Assembly (NCBI GenBank): GCA_029934165.1
Contig: JAOZMU010000001.1
Location: forward strand, 1-39,015
Source: Bacteroidales bacterium
GTDB lineage: Bacteria > Bacteroidota > Bacteroidia > Bacteroidales > JAOZMU01
DNA: 39,015 nucleotides
Reading direction: 5' to 3'
The notes under the pieces: generated by a model
What the model was told of the DNA's origin: nothing
Database searches by the model: none
What the model saw: the letters and a program-made list of their open reading frames with translations, nothing else
Shown: piece by piece, positions 9,032 to 17,844 of the stretch
How the letters are laid out: each line of letters starts with the position of its first letter
Numbering within the stretch: the stretch's first letter is position 1
Program-made: the position numbers and the translations under genes

Positions 9032-11428
9032 ATGTACATATTTATCAATGAGGTTGATCAGACCTCGAACATAATCGACAAGTCAATCTCAATAAGGGAT
9101 GAACTTCAAGAGCGAATAAATTCTTGTACTTTCCGTTGTTTTGGATTCGTTCCGGAAGATTATCAGAGTGTTGATGCTTATTCAGCTTATGAAGTTGTTT
9201 CTGCTACTGCGGATTCTGCCACGCTTGATAAAGATTACAATGAACAATTACAAAATAATCTCTATAGGGTGGGGCATGTAATAAAAATTGCAATAAAAGA
9301 AGATAATGAGGAAGAAGCTACAATCGAATCAATCTCAAGTGATGACGGAAACATAAAACTAACTTTTACGGAAAATTTTACAAATACTCCTTCTACTGGT
9401 GAATTGGTTGGAGTGAAAGTTTTTGGAGGTGTGATTTCTTCCGTAAAAAATTATAATATCCGAACACTTAAAAATCTCGAATATTCAATCACAGCACTTG
9501 ATCATCAGAAAATTTTTGATAAGACTTCAGTAAATGAAACTTATGAATCGAGGGATGCAAGGTATATTGTGAATGATTTTTGCAACTCAACAGTTAACCT
9601 AAATGAAGCAATAGATGAATTTGAGTATGAAGACAATGCAGCAATTCAAACAGCTTGGACAGAATCAAGTGATGGAGATAATCCGACTACTGATAATTCG
9701 GATTTTCGAGAAGGTGATTATTCTGGAAATTTCCCGTGGACTAATTCATCCGGAACTGCAAATTTTTCTTTAAATTCCTTAAATTTGAATTTGAAGAATT
9801 TCTCCGGGACTTCTTCCGGTGCAGCAACTAAGGGAGTTTTGGGCATGTGGATTAAGGCAACCGATTACACAGCGATCACAAATATTGAAATTCGTATTGG
9901 TTCAGATTCAGGAGATTATATTTCGGAAACAATTAATCCGGAAAATAATGACTGGAATTTTTATGATTTTAAATTAAAAAATTTTTCGGTAACAGGTACG
10001 CCGGACTGGACGGCTATTGATTATTGTGAAGTTGCAATCACGCAAACATCAAGTAGTGATATTCTTATTGATGGGTTGCGAATTCTTGAGGAGGAATTTT
10101 TTAAACATTTTCCGTACATTGAGGAATCAATAGTTTTTGATAATTTCACGGCTCCGAGGACAAAACCAACTGAAGTGGCACAAAGACTTGCTGATGAACT
10201 GGGGTGGTATTGGTATGTTGACTATGATAGGTCAATCCGATTATTCGCAAAAGAGGATATTTCCGCACCTTTCAGGCTCAGTGAAACAAGTAAAAATTTT
10301 GCAAATTTAGCAATTACCTATGATGCTTCACGCCTTACAAATCGGCAAGTAGTAGAAGGAGGAGATGAAACAAGTGTTTCAACTTATTCCGAAGTTAGGG
10401 AAGGAGACGGAATTATCCGGGAGTGGTTGACCAAGAATAAATTCAAAAACCTTGTCGTCAAAGCGGACAAAAACACCTCGACAGATACGATGGAAGCCGG
10501 AACGACAACAACGAATATCAAAGCTACTTCTCACGGATTGGTTGACGGTGACCACATTGTGAACCGAAGCCGGAGCAATGCAGTCCGGCAAATTGTGAAA
10601 GTTGATGATGATAATTTTACAGTTGATGCGGTTGCATCTCAAGCTTCAGGCGATACTTTCTCAAGATTCATTGAGCAAGATGTAGGAGTAGAGGGAATCA
10701 ACGATGACTCTGGAAATAATTTTATGAGCAATTTTAATGAAAAATCATTAAGAAATGCGAGTGATGAAGCAACTCTCACTGCAGGGCAATTTGTTTTATT
10801 TAAGTATAATGAGGTTGTTCCGATTCTTATTTCTCGCTCTGATGCTTCCTCAATTACAAACATGGTTTCGGTTTTGGGATATTCTGATGGAACTTTTGAC
10901 GGACAGAAAATTGTTGATAAAACTCTTGTGACTCGCTCAGAAGCGGTTGCTGTTGCTGAAGCACAAATCAACAAGTATAGTAATGTGATAATTTCCGCAA
11001 CATTCACCACGACACAAGAAGGGCTTGTTTCTGGCCAAACAATCCAAATCAAAGACACTGAAAATGGAACAAGGAACATTAATCAACAATTTCTAATTCA
11101 AAAAGTAAACCTCAAGCAAGCTGGATGGGGAGAGAATATTTACACGGTGACTTGCAGTAGCTTATTGTTCGGGATGATGGAATTATTGCAACAATTGTTA
11201 AAGCAAGGTCGAAGGATTGAAGTTGCGGAAGACGAAGTTGTGAATAATATTACAGGAATTGTTGAAACTCTGAAAATTGTTGATATAATACTATTGAACA
11301 ATAACTTGTTACAGATTAGCGAAATATTATCAATTGCGGAAAATGTGACATATTCAGTAGTTGAACCTCCTTTTCAGTGGGGACCTGGCGGAACTAATCC
11401 AGGAAGATGGAATCTATTTAGTTGGTAA
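9032..11428 (+). CDS. Distal tail / baseplate protein with an inserted carbohydrate-binding-like module
   Basis: Starts 1 nt after the tape measure stop. The segment TAWTESSDG...GMWIKATDYTAITNIEIRIGSD...WNFYDFKL...DWTAIDYCEVAI looks like a galactose-binding-like/CBM jelly roll (evolved-Dit style). Confidence 0.55.
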   Translation: MYIFINEVDQTSNIIDKSISIRDELQERINSCTFRCFGFVPEDYQSVDAYSAYEVVSATADSATLDKDYNEQLQNNLYRVGHVIKIAIKEDNEEEATIESISSDDGNIKLTFTENFTNTPSTGELVGVKVFGGVISSVKNYNIRTLKNLEYSITALDHQKIFDKTSVNETYESRDARYIVNDFCNSTVNLNEAIDEFEYEDNAAIQTAWTESSDGDNPTTDNSDFREGDYSGNFPWTNSSGTANFSLNSLNLNLKNFSGTSSGAATKGVLGMWIKATDYTAITNIEIRIGSDSGDYISETINPENNDWNFYDFKLKNFSVTGTPDWTAIDYCEVAITQTSSSDILIDGLRILEEEFFKHFPYIEESIVFDNFTAPRTKPTEVAQRLADELGWYWYVDYDRSIRLFAKEDISAPFRLSETSKNFANLAITYDASRLTNRQVVEGGDETSVSTYSEVREGDGIIREWLTKNKFKNLVVKADKNTSTDTMEAGTTTTNIKATSHGLVDGDHIVNRSRSNAVRQIVKVDDDNFTVDAVASQASGDTFSRFIEQDVGVEGINDDSGNNFMSNFNEKSLRNASDEATLTAGQFVLFKYNEVVPILISRSDASSITNMVSVLGYSDGTFDGQKIVDKTLVTRSEAVAVAEAQINKYSNVIISATFTTTQEGLVSGQTIQIKDTENGTRNINQQFLIQKVNLKQAGWGENIYTVTCSSLLFGMMELLQQLLKQGRRIEVAEDEVVNNITGIVETLKIVDIILLNNNLLQISEILSIAENVTYSVVEPPFQWGPGGTNPGRWNLFSW

Positions 11429-11437
11429 TTTTTTTAT

Positions 11438-11911
11438 ATGAATGAAGAAATGAAACTTTTTGGAAAATGGAAATTCACAATTGAAGATACAATTACCGGA
11501 AAAAAAACAATCACCGAAAAAAATAACATTCTTCCAATAGTCGGACGTGTTGCAATGGCGAAACAACTTGCGGGAACTGCCACAAAAGACACGGGAGATA
11601 ATCTATACATTGCTCTTGGTGATGACAATACAACGCCGGTTGTTGGAGATACGACTTTGGCAAACGAAACAACAAGAAAAGCAGTTAGCTCAACAACCAA
11701 CTCATCTGTCACCTCATTGATAACATCCTTTTTTGCTCCAGGGGAAGCAACCGGGACGCATTTAGAATTTGGGTTATTTGGCGATGGTAATACTTCGACT
11801 GCTTCAGCGGCTGCAGATAGTGGGATTTTGTATTCTCATGTTTTGGAAACAAAGACAATTTCCGCAACGGAAACACTCACAGTAGAATTTGCTCTTGAGT
11901 TCGGGATTTAA
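11438..11911 (+). CDS. Virion structural protein (tail tip associated, hypothetical)
   Basis: 157-aa ORF within the tail module. No specific motif recognised. Confidence 0.45.
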   Translation: MNEEMKLFGKWKFTIEDTITGKKTITEKNNILPIVGRVAMAKQLAGTATKDTGDNLYIALGDDNTTPVVGDTTLANETTRKAVSSTTNSSVTSLITSFFAPGEATGTHLEFGLFGDGNTSTASAAADSGILYSHVLETKTISATETLTVEFALEFGI

Positions 11912-11975
11912 AAAACGGTTAAATCCTTGATGAAATTATATATAATAGTATTGATTATTTTAAATTAAAACTATT

Positions 11976-12596
11976 ATGTTATCAAAAAAATGTGAATTAT
12001 GTGGGAAAGAATTTTTCAAAAAGACAAATCTTTCTTATGATTATTTCAAAAATAAAGCAAGATTTTGTTCAAAAGAATGTGCCTATTCGCACAGAAAAAT
12101 AAAAATAAATTGTATTATATGTGAAAGAGAGAGAATGATAAGAGCAAGTCAGTTGAACAGAATAAAGACTTGTAGTAAGGAATGCTCAATATTATATAGG
12201 GTGAAGAGATTTAGCGATAAAAACAGAGAAAAATTTTCAAAAGCTTGGAACAAGAAAGGCAATCCTAGGTGGAAGCCGATAGGAGCGAAAAGAAGTGATG
12301 GGCATGGATATATTTTAGTAAAAATAGCTGAAGGTAAAGGATTTAAAAATTGGAGACAGGAGCATGTTCATACAATCGAGAAAGATATAGGTAGAATATT
12401 AGACTTAAAAAAAGAATGTGTTCATCATGTAGACGGGAACAAAGAAAATAATAATATAGAAAACTTATATTTAACAACTCAATCAAGTCACAAAAAATTA
12501 CATCAATCTATTTTTATGGATTTAGTGAAAGAACTTCTCGAAAAAAAAATGATTTATTTTGATAAAAAAAATGGATTTTATAAAGTAATTAAATAA
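11976..12596 (+). CDS. Free-standing HNH homing endonuclease with two N-terminal Cys-knuckle modules
   Basis: HHVDGNKENNNIENLYLTTQSSHKKLH is an HNH motif. CELCGK..CSKEC and CIICER..CSKEC are duplicated zinc modules. The gene is very AT-rich and lies between tail genes. Confidence 0.8.
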   Translation: MLSKKCELCGKEFFKKTNLSYDYFKNKARFCSKECAYSHRKIKINCIICERERMIRASQLNRIKTCSKECSILYRVKRFSDKNREKFSKAWNKKGNPRWKPIGAKRSDGHGYILVKIAEGKGFKNWRQEHVHTIEKDIGRILDLKKECVHHVDGNKENNNIENLYLTTQSSHKKLHQSIFMDLVKELLEKKMIYFDKKNGFYKVIK

Positions 12597-12599
12597 AAC

Positions 12600-13415
12600 A
12601 TGGCTTCAAATAGTTCAACAGTGGCAAGTGGAGATGATGCATTGTATTCACAATATAATGATTTACGTAAAGATGTTCTGGAAAAAGCAGGCGAATATGT
12701 AGTAGCTGGTGGATCCGCTAATGCAATTACGCTGACAATTGATTCGCAAATTGCTTCTTATGTTACGGGGCAAGTTTTTGTGTTTAAGGCTTCGGCAAGC
12801 AATACTGGGGCGGTTACAATTAATGTGAATGGAAGAGGAATAAAGCCTTTTGTTTATGATATTTCAACTGCAATGTCTGGCGGAGAAATTATATCTGGGA
12901 AAGTTTATATTGGAATTTATGATGGCACGAATATTCGAAGTTTAGGGGTTTTGACTTCCCAGGCAGATTTGAACAAACTTACGGATGGAAGTAATATCCC
13001 AATAACAGGACATATCCATTTAGATATTGCCTGCTTTGCTGGAACAGATATATTATCAGCAGAGGCGAATACAGTAAGACAATACCTTGGCTCAGATACG
13101 GGTACATATAAAAAAGTTAAGGAAATAAAGGTGAACAGAGTAGGTACATATACAGTTTCTTTTCAATTAGCTGACTTATCGGCTTCGGCTGTTGTTTACG
13201 GTAGGGTATATAAAAACGGAGCTGCAATTGGCACGGAACGGTCAACAGGTTCGTCATCATATCAAACATATACAGAGGATTTTACTTTCGCTATAGGTGA
13301 TCTTGTTCAGATTTATTATAAAAGACAAACTGGTGGTATTGTGGCAACTAGGAATTTCAACCTAAAGTATTCAATTAAAATAGATTCAGCAGATGGAACG
13401 GTTAACTTAGACTAG
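12600..13415 (+). CDS. Tail fibre / receptor-binding protein candidate
   Basis: 271-aa protein rich in G/S/T/A, the last structural ORF before the lysis genes. Confidence 0.45.
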   Translation: MASNSSTVASGDDALYSQYNDLRKDVLEKAGEYVVAGGSANAITLTIDSQIASYVTGQVFVFKASASNTGAVTINVNGRGIKPFVYDISTAMSGGEIISGKVYIGIYDGTNIRSLGVLTSQADLNKLTDGSNIPITGHIHLDIACFAGTDILSAEANTVRQYLGSDTGTYKKVKEIKVNRVGTYTVSFQLADLSASAVVYGRVYKNGAAIGTERSTGSSSYQTYTEDFTFAIGDLVQIYYKRQTGGIVATRNFNLKYSIKIDSADGTVNLD

Positions 13416-13416
13416 T

Positions 13417-13950
13417 ATGATAATCAAATCAATAAAGCACCTAACCCCCCAAATGCAACCAAAAGCAGAAATGTTTTTGGAAAGAATTAAGCGAGAGATT
13501 GACAAGAACTTTATCATTTTTGAAACATTAAGAACAAAAGAACGTCAAAGAGAACTTTACCAAAACGGTAAATCTTGGACTCTACATAGCCATCATTTAA
13601 CAGGAAATGCTTTTGATGTCGTTAAGTACAATGGAGGTTATAGCTGGAAAGTCGAAAAAGGAGAAAATGAAAAACTAATTAAAATCGCAAGCGAATGCGG
13701 ACTTGATAGCCTAAGCCCCCTTGAGATTTTCCATTTTCAAAATAATTTTAAAAATATCCAAATGATTAAAAACCAAGAACTAATTGAAGAAGATTACACT
13801 CCAATGTCATTAACCAGAATGAAGCTAATCGCTAATGATTGGAATGAGTTCGAGGCATTCAACGCTGGGTTAGCAGTAAAAACAAAACCTCAAACTTATA
13901 GAGACTTGAAAGATACAATAAGTTTTGGAAGAATTATTTTAATGAAATAA
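13417..13950 (+). CDS. Endolysin, peptidase M15 (VanY / L-Ala-D-Glu peptidase-like)
   Basis: SHHLTGNAFD fits the S-x-H-x-x-G-x-A-x-D zinc-site motif. An upstream RTKERQRELYQNG motif is also present. Confidence 0.75.
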   Translation: MIIKSIKHLTPQMQPKAEMFLERIKREIDKNFIIFETLRTKERQRELYQNGKSWTLHSHHLTGNAFDVVKYNGGYSWKVEKGENEKLIKIASECGLDSLSPLEIFHFQNNFKNIQMIKNQELIEEDYTPMSLTRMKLIANDWNEFEAFNAGLAVKTKPQTYRDLKDTISFGRIILMK

Positions 13951-14216
13951 AATGAATTATATAAAAAGATGTCGAAAACTCAAAAAGGCAAAAAGGATAT
14001 TCATAAAAAAGGACACATGCAACCTCCTGTTTTTGTATCAACTTACGGTGAATTTCAATAATTTTTATCTTGAAAAAATTATTGAAGTTCCTATACGAGG
14101 ACATAATTGAGTATTCTAGGGATTTAATTAGCATTGAGTATATGACACATATTTTAGATGATGTGAGGCGTTTATATAATAAACAGGCAATGGAACATTT
14201 AAAAAATAATTATTAA

Positions 14217-14295
14217 AGCGGAGTAGGGAAGTCTGGTCGTTCCCGTTTGGCTCATAATCAAAAAATCGTGGGTTCAAATCCCACCTCCGCAACCA
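14217..14295 (+). tRNA. tRNA with CAU anticodon (Met or lysidine-type Ile2), CCA encoded
   Basis: Cloverleaf folded by hand. U8 is present. D stem GGGA/TCCC. Anticodon stem TTTGG/TCAAA with loop CT-CAT-AA. Variable loop of 5 nt. T arm GTGGG-TTCAAAT-CCCAC. Acceptor GCGGAG/CTCCGC with an A1-A72 mismatch, then ACCA. Confidence 0.85.
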
Positions 14296-14311
14296 TTTAA
14301 CAAAAAAACTT

Positions 14312-14512
14312 ATGACTAAAACACCACTCCAATCAACGACAATTCAAGGTGGAATCGTTAACATTGTCACAGGACTTTCCTTGATTATAGGATTTGATTT
14401 AGATGCTTCCTATCTTACAGAACTTGTACAAGCCGGCGGACTTCTTGCTGGCGGTATTATGGTTTTTTACGGAAGATGGAAAGCTACTGGTAAGATTTCT
14501 TTGACAAAATAG
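14312..14512 (+). CDS. Holin-like small membrane protein
   Basis: 66 aa with two hydrophobic segments (GGIVNIVTGLSLIIGF and AGGLLAGGIMVFYG) and a charged C-terminus. It lies next to the lysin. Confidence 0.5.
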   Translation: MTKTPLQSTTIQGGIVNIVTGLSLIIGFDLDASYLTELVQAGGLLAGGIMVFYGRWKATGKISLTK

Positions 14513-14565
14513 TTGTATATAGTTTTTGCTAATTTTTTGTAAATTATATACATACTATACACATC

Positions 14566-14597
14566 AAAAAACCTCTCAACAAAGAGAGGTTTTTTTT
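14566..14597. terminator. Bidirectional intrinsic terminator between the convergent blocks
   Basis: AAAAAACCTCTC-aacaaa-GAGAGGTTTTTTTT, with an A-run and a T-run flanking the stem. A second hairpin follows (GTTTATCC 14598-14605 / GGATAAAC 14628-14635). Confidence 0.7.
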
Positions 14598-14748
14598 GTT
14601 TATCCCTCAACCCCCACAACCACAGGAGGATAAACATTTTCCTGTTTCTTCTTCAGGAAGTTTTGCGAAGAATGAAAAAAAATAATGACTCCGACTTGAT
14701 CACGTCAATAATTAAGCTTAATAGTTATGGAATTTATGGCTCTGACGT

Positions 14749-14955
14749 TTAAGCACCAGCATTGAGCAAATCATTGATTAGTTTTTCAATTTCACGTCGT
14801 TGAGCGTACAGAGCCTCCAGTGCGTCATCAAGCATCACATACCTAGTCTCACCGTCTGGGTAAGCACTGACAGTCTGATTCGCCATGAACTCTAGAAATT
14901 GCTCCCACGTTTTACTGGCTTGTTTTATACGTGTTCTCACTTCTAATTCTCTCAT
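14749..14955 (-). CDS. Hypothetical protein (last gene of the minus block)
   Basis: 68-aa helical ORF from the track. Confidence 0.5.
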   Translation of the reverse strand: MRELEVRTRIKQASKTWEQFLEFMANQTVSAYPDGETRYVMLDDALEALYAQRREIEKLINDLLNAGA

Positions 14956-14963
14956 AAGTTAAT

Positions 14964-15116
14964 TTAATTAATAACATCTTTTATTTCTTCATCTTCTGTT
15001 CCTAAAATATCCTCAATATCCAATATATCTTGAATTGAGTTATCTCTACTATCAACCATCACATGGGCTACAATAAGTGCACTGCAACGCATATTAACTT
15101 TTCTTTTTATTAGCAT
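14964..15116 (-). CDS. Small acidic ORF (50 aa)
   Basis: Hand translation MLIKRKVNMRCSALIVAHVMVDSRDNSIQDILDIEDILGTEDEEIKDVIN. It fills the gap between called ORFs. Confidence 0.3.
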   Translation of the reverse strand: MLIKRKVNMRCSALIVAHVMVDSRDNSIQDILDIEDILGTEDEEIKDVIN

Positions 15117-15152
15117 AGTTTTTTTTAATTAAGATTCAAAAATATCTGCAAT

Positions 15153-15287
15153 CTAGTCGTTCCATCGTCCATCCCTGGACATTTCTTCATCTCTGTGTTG
15201 ACTGAATCCTTCGCTTCTTAGTTCATCGTATTTTCCTGAAACTTCTTTCTGGATGTCTGCCATTCTCTCTGATAGTGATTTATACAT
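15153..15287 (-). CDS. Small charged ORF (44 aa) ending in TAG
   Basis: Hand translation MYKSLSERMADIQKEVSGKYDELRSEGFSQHRDEEMSRDGRWND. A 25-nt repeat follows it (see findings). Confidence 0.35.
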   Translation of the reverse strand: MYKSLSERMADIQKEVSGKYDELRSEGFSQHRDEEMSRDGRWND

Positions 15288-15300
15288 TTTTTTAATAAAA

Positions 15301-15453
15301 TTAGGAGTTTATTTTAGCTGTGTTGCACCTTTTACAGATTGTATATCCGTCTGTTATACATCTACACTTCACGCAATATCGACAGTCTTTCTTTATGTCT
15401 GTTACTGCTCCTCCACTAGCCCAAGCAGCTACAATTAGGTGATTGTTTTTCAT
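15301..15453 (-). CDS. Small Cys-rich ORF (50 aa)
   Basis: Hand translation MKNNHLIVAAWASGGAVTDIKKDCRYCVKCRCITDGYTICKRCNTAKINS, with CxxC..CxC..CxxC. Confidence 0.4.
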   Translation of the reverse strand: MKNNHLIVAAWASGGAVTDIKKDCRYCVKCRCITDGYTICKRCNTAKINS

Positions 15454-15462
15454 AGTAATTAT

Positions 15463-15849
15463 TTAAGATTCAAAAATATCTACAATCGACTGCCACACCT
15501 TCTCATTCTGTTGGTCTAGGTTGAGGGACTGAGCGTTTTTGGTTAGAGTCCAAATGATTACAGTCTCCCCATAGTGTAGTTTGCATTTGTTGTTATCGTA
15601 AGCAGGTGCAATCTTGAGGTTTGGCAAGTGTATATTCAGGCTATTAGAATCGCGGGTATAAAAAGCAGTCTGAACCATTGCGAGGGAAATTGGTGTTCCA
15701 TTCTCGAACAAAGAACCAATAGCTCCACATACAACACACTTACCGACTGGCTGATTATCGCAATGCTTATTAATTATATCCTCCCAATTCTCACACTCTG
15801 GGTAAAGTGCGGTTAGGATGTGACGAGTTGCTTTTTTGAGGTTGTTCAT
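15463..15849 (-). CDS. Hypothetical protein
   Basis: 128-aa ORF from the track, tightly packed. Confidence 0.6.
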   Translation of the reverse strand: MNNLKKATRHILTALYPECENWEDIINKHCDNQPVGKCVVCGAIGSLFENGTPISLAMVQTAFYTRDSNSLNIHLPNLKIAPAYDNNKCKLHYGETVIIWTLTKNAQSLNLDQQNEKVWQSIVDIFES

Positions 15850-15851
15850 AG

Positions 15852-16142
15852 TTATTTTAACTGGTTAATAAAATCTTTAATTTTCCTTGTAACGTAGTCA
15901 AACATCTCCCCCTTGGGTACGTAATTAAATATATCCAATTCAGAATCAACACCGTTGCAATGTATTTTTAGTGTAATAATTTTATCGTCATCTTCATCTA
16001 GCAATTCGATTAAAGCATGTGCTATATTTGCTATTAGCATATTTAATAATAAATGATTTTGAGTCGGGGCAATCAGCATTAAAAATGTACTTTTGTCATC
16101 TCCCTCAATTTCAATTCTTGTTATTTGTCTTGAGTTATCCAT
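15852..16142 (-). CDS. Hypothetical protein
   Basis: 96-aa ORF from the track, 2-nt spacers on both sides. Confidence 0.6.
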   Translation of the reverse strand: MDNSRQITRIEIEGDDKSTFLMLIAPTQNHLLLNMLIANIAHALIELLDEDDDKIITLKIHCNGVDSELDIFNYVPKGEMFDYVTRKIKDFINQLK

Positions 16143-16144
16143 AG

Positions 16145-16333
16145 TTATTTTGATTTAAAATGTTTTTCTGTTGTTGATTCTCGCCACTTACTGCACTTAT
16201 TGCAGGGGATTTTTTTAATTCTTTGGGGATTTACAATGTATTTCTTGTCGCCAATAAAATCAGGCATTGCTACATCAGCACCTACCACTAGTGTGCTGTA
16301 GCCTTTTCCATAGCAGAATTTGCAAATTTTCAT
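16145..16333 (-). CDS. Small zinc-ribbon protein
   Basis: I prefer the internal start MKICKFCYGKG...CNKCSKW (CxxC...CxxC). The longer track ORF would run through a strong hairpin (TTGCCCCCT/AGGGGGCAA, about 16352-16378). Confidence 0.5.
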   Translation of the reverse strand: MKICKFCYGKGYSTLVVGADVAMPDFIGDKKYIVNPQRIKKIPCNKCSKWRESTTEKHFKSK

Positions 16334-16385
16334 TGTTGTTTGGGTTAAATACTTGCCCCCTAGAGGAGAGAGGGGGCAATGGTGG

Positions 16386-16538
16386 TTATTTTTTCCATCC
16401 TGAAATTTCCTCTCCGTACTCAATGAATCCTGATTTAGTTTCAACTCCTGTTTCCTTGATAATTTCGATTTTGTGCCATCCTGTTTTTAGCAGGATTTTA
16501 TCTCCCTTTGATACGTTTTTTCCGAGTTGGTAAGTCAT
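16386..16538 (-). CDS. Small ORF (50 aa)
   Basis: Hand translation MTYQLGKNVSKGDKILLKTGWHKIEIIKETGVETKSGFIEYGEEISGWKK. Confidence 0.4.
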   Translation of the reverse strand: MTYQLGKNVSKGDKILLKTGWHKIEIIKETGVETKSGFIEYGEEISGWKK

Positions 16539-16557
16539 AAAGCTTTGGGTTAAGTGG

Positions 16558-16773
16558 TTATTTAATATATCCTGCTATCAGTCCGCACACCATCCATATT
16601 CCCACTCCTAGAAACTCTGATCCTGCTAGTATAGCTCTGCTTGTGTAGTTCAAGGTGTCTATCCTGCTGAATAGTTCTAGCCCTGCTACAGCGTTGTCTA
16701 TAGCGTGTCTAGTGCCATACCAGAAGAAGAATATCAGGAAGAATAATGTGATTTGGATTAGTCTTTTTTTCAT
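16558..16773 (-). CDS. Small membrane protein
   Basis: 71 aa with two hydrophobic segments (LIQITLFFLIFFFWYG and GVGIWMVCGLIAGYI). Confidence 0.5.
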   Translation of the reverse strand: MKKRLIQITLFFLIFFFWYGTRHAIDNAVAGLELFSRIDTLNYTSRAILAGSEFLGVGIWMVCGLIAGYIK

Positions 16774-16865
16774 GGTTTTTCGTGGTTTCTTGTATCTGTA
16801 CAGTTCTCACTTTGCGTCTAAATATTTCATTTTCAGTTTGTTGTATGATGTGATTTTCATGGGGT

Positions 16866-17048
16866 TTAGGTTAGAATATTAAATTTTTTCTCTAGCTTGA
16901 TTATTCTGTCCTTGAGCATATCCGCTTCTTGCTCTAAGCAAATTATCTGGGCTTTTAAAATTGCTTCCTTTTCGGGGAGTTCGTGTAGTTCGATATATAC
17001 CTTGTCTCTCCAATACTCCAAGTTTTTGTTGTTTAATCCTTTATTCAT
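16866..17048 (-). CDS. Small coiled-coil protein
   Basis: 60-aa ORF from the track with heptad-like E/K/L content. Confidence 0.45.
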   Translation of the reverse strand: MNKGLNNKNLEYWRDKVYIELHELPEKEAILKAQIICLEQEADMLKDRIIKLEKKFNILT

Positions 17049-17571
17049 AATAATATTGATTAACTGCTACCATCCAATCCTCTACTGAATCTCCGCCGGT
17101 ATATTTATGTGCGAGATAGTAGTTTGGGTATTTTTGGTAATATTTTTTCCAAATTTGCTTAAAATCATCGTAAGAATCACTAGGCTTATCGTATTTTTGG
17201 AATTTTCCTCTCCTGATTATCCCAAAACAATTGTTTACTTTACCGCTTCCTTTTTTGCAATCGTGAGTTTCAGCGAGTGCAACAGCGTAAGCTAACCGAT
17301 TTAGGTCTGTACCATCTTCCAAGGTTTCAGCCATTGCCAATTCAGGCAATGGGACTTCAATGTATCTCTTAGGATTTTTTGGTAATTCAGGCTTAAACTC
17401 TAGCCTGTCTTCGTTCCAGTGGATTTCTCCAAATGGCAAACCTTGAGTCCATGCTTTACTGTCAGGAGGAAAAAATATATTCCCAAGTACAAGCAGTATC
17501 ATTATCAGAATAAACGGATAACATAAGATAATTTTCCACGTTTTCATTTGGCTCTTCTCCTTAATTGACAT
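17041..17571 (-). CDS. Membrane-anchored glucosaminidase-like (FlgJ/amidase_4-like) cell-wall hydrolase candidate
   Basis: N-terminal TM segment WKIILCYPFILIMILLVLGNIFF. AYAVALAETHDCKKGSGKVNNCFGI resembles the A..LEsGwG.S.....NN.FGIk glucosaminidase motif. Confidence 0.45.
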   Translation of the reverse strand: MSIKEKSQMKTWKIILCYPFILIMILLVLGNIFFPPDSKAWTQGLPFGEIHWNEDRLEFKPELPKNPKRYIEVPLPELAMAETLEDGTDLNRLAYAVALAETHDCKKGSGKVNNCFGIIRRGKFQKYDKPSDSYDDFKQIWKKYYQKYPNYYLAHKYTGGDSVEDWMVAVNQYYYE

Positions 17572-17726
17572 GTGAGTGTTCGTAATTCATTTAGCGATTA
17601 ATCCTCACGAGATAATTACTGACTCCACTGTTAACTTGCTGATTATAAGCAAGCGTGATGTTAATTCTTTCATAATGTTTTTAAATTAGTTGATAAAATA
17701 TTAAGTCTGAATCTTTATCAGAATCA

Positions 17727-17834
17727 TCAGCTAATCCTGCTAATCCACTGATCAATAACATTGAACCAGAACATTACCCCTGTGAGAGTAAAGAATCCAA
17801 CAATTGCCGATATTGTGAAAATTAGTGGCTTCAT
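17727..17834 (-). CDS. Small hydrophobic peptide (35 aa)
   Basis: Hand translation MKPLIFTISAIVGFFTLTGVMFWFNVIDQWISRIS, ending in TGA TGA. Confidence 0.3.
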   Translation of the reverse strand: MKPLIFTISAIVGFFTLTGVMFWFNVIDQWISRIS

Positions 17835-17844
17835 AATAAATAAA

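Noticed and set aside
13951-14216. Small plus-strand ORFs between the lysin and the tRNA (13952-14110, 13969-14061, TTG 14070-14216), considered as possible spanin or holin partners
   Set aside because: They overlap one another in different frames, lack TM or lipobox features, and none has a convincing start context. The region is left unannotated.
14100-14750. attP site or integration module next to the tRNA
   Set aside because: No tyrosine or serine recombinase is encoded anywhere, and no partial tRNA duplicate is visible. The region is explained by lysis genes plus convergent terminators.
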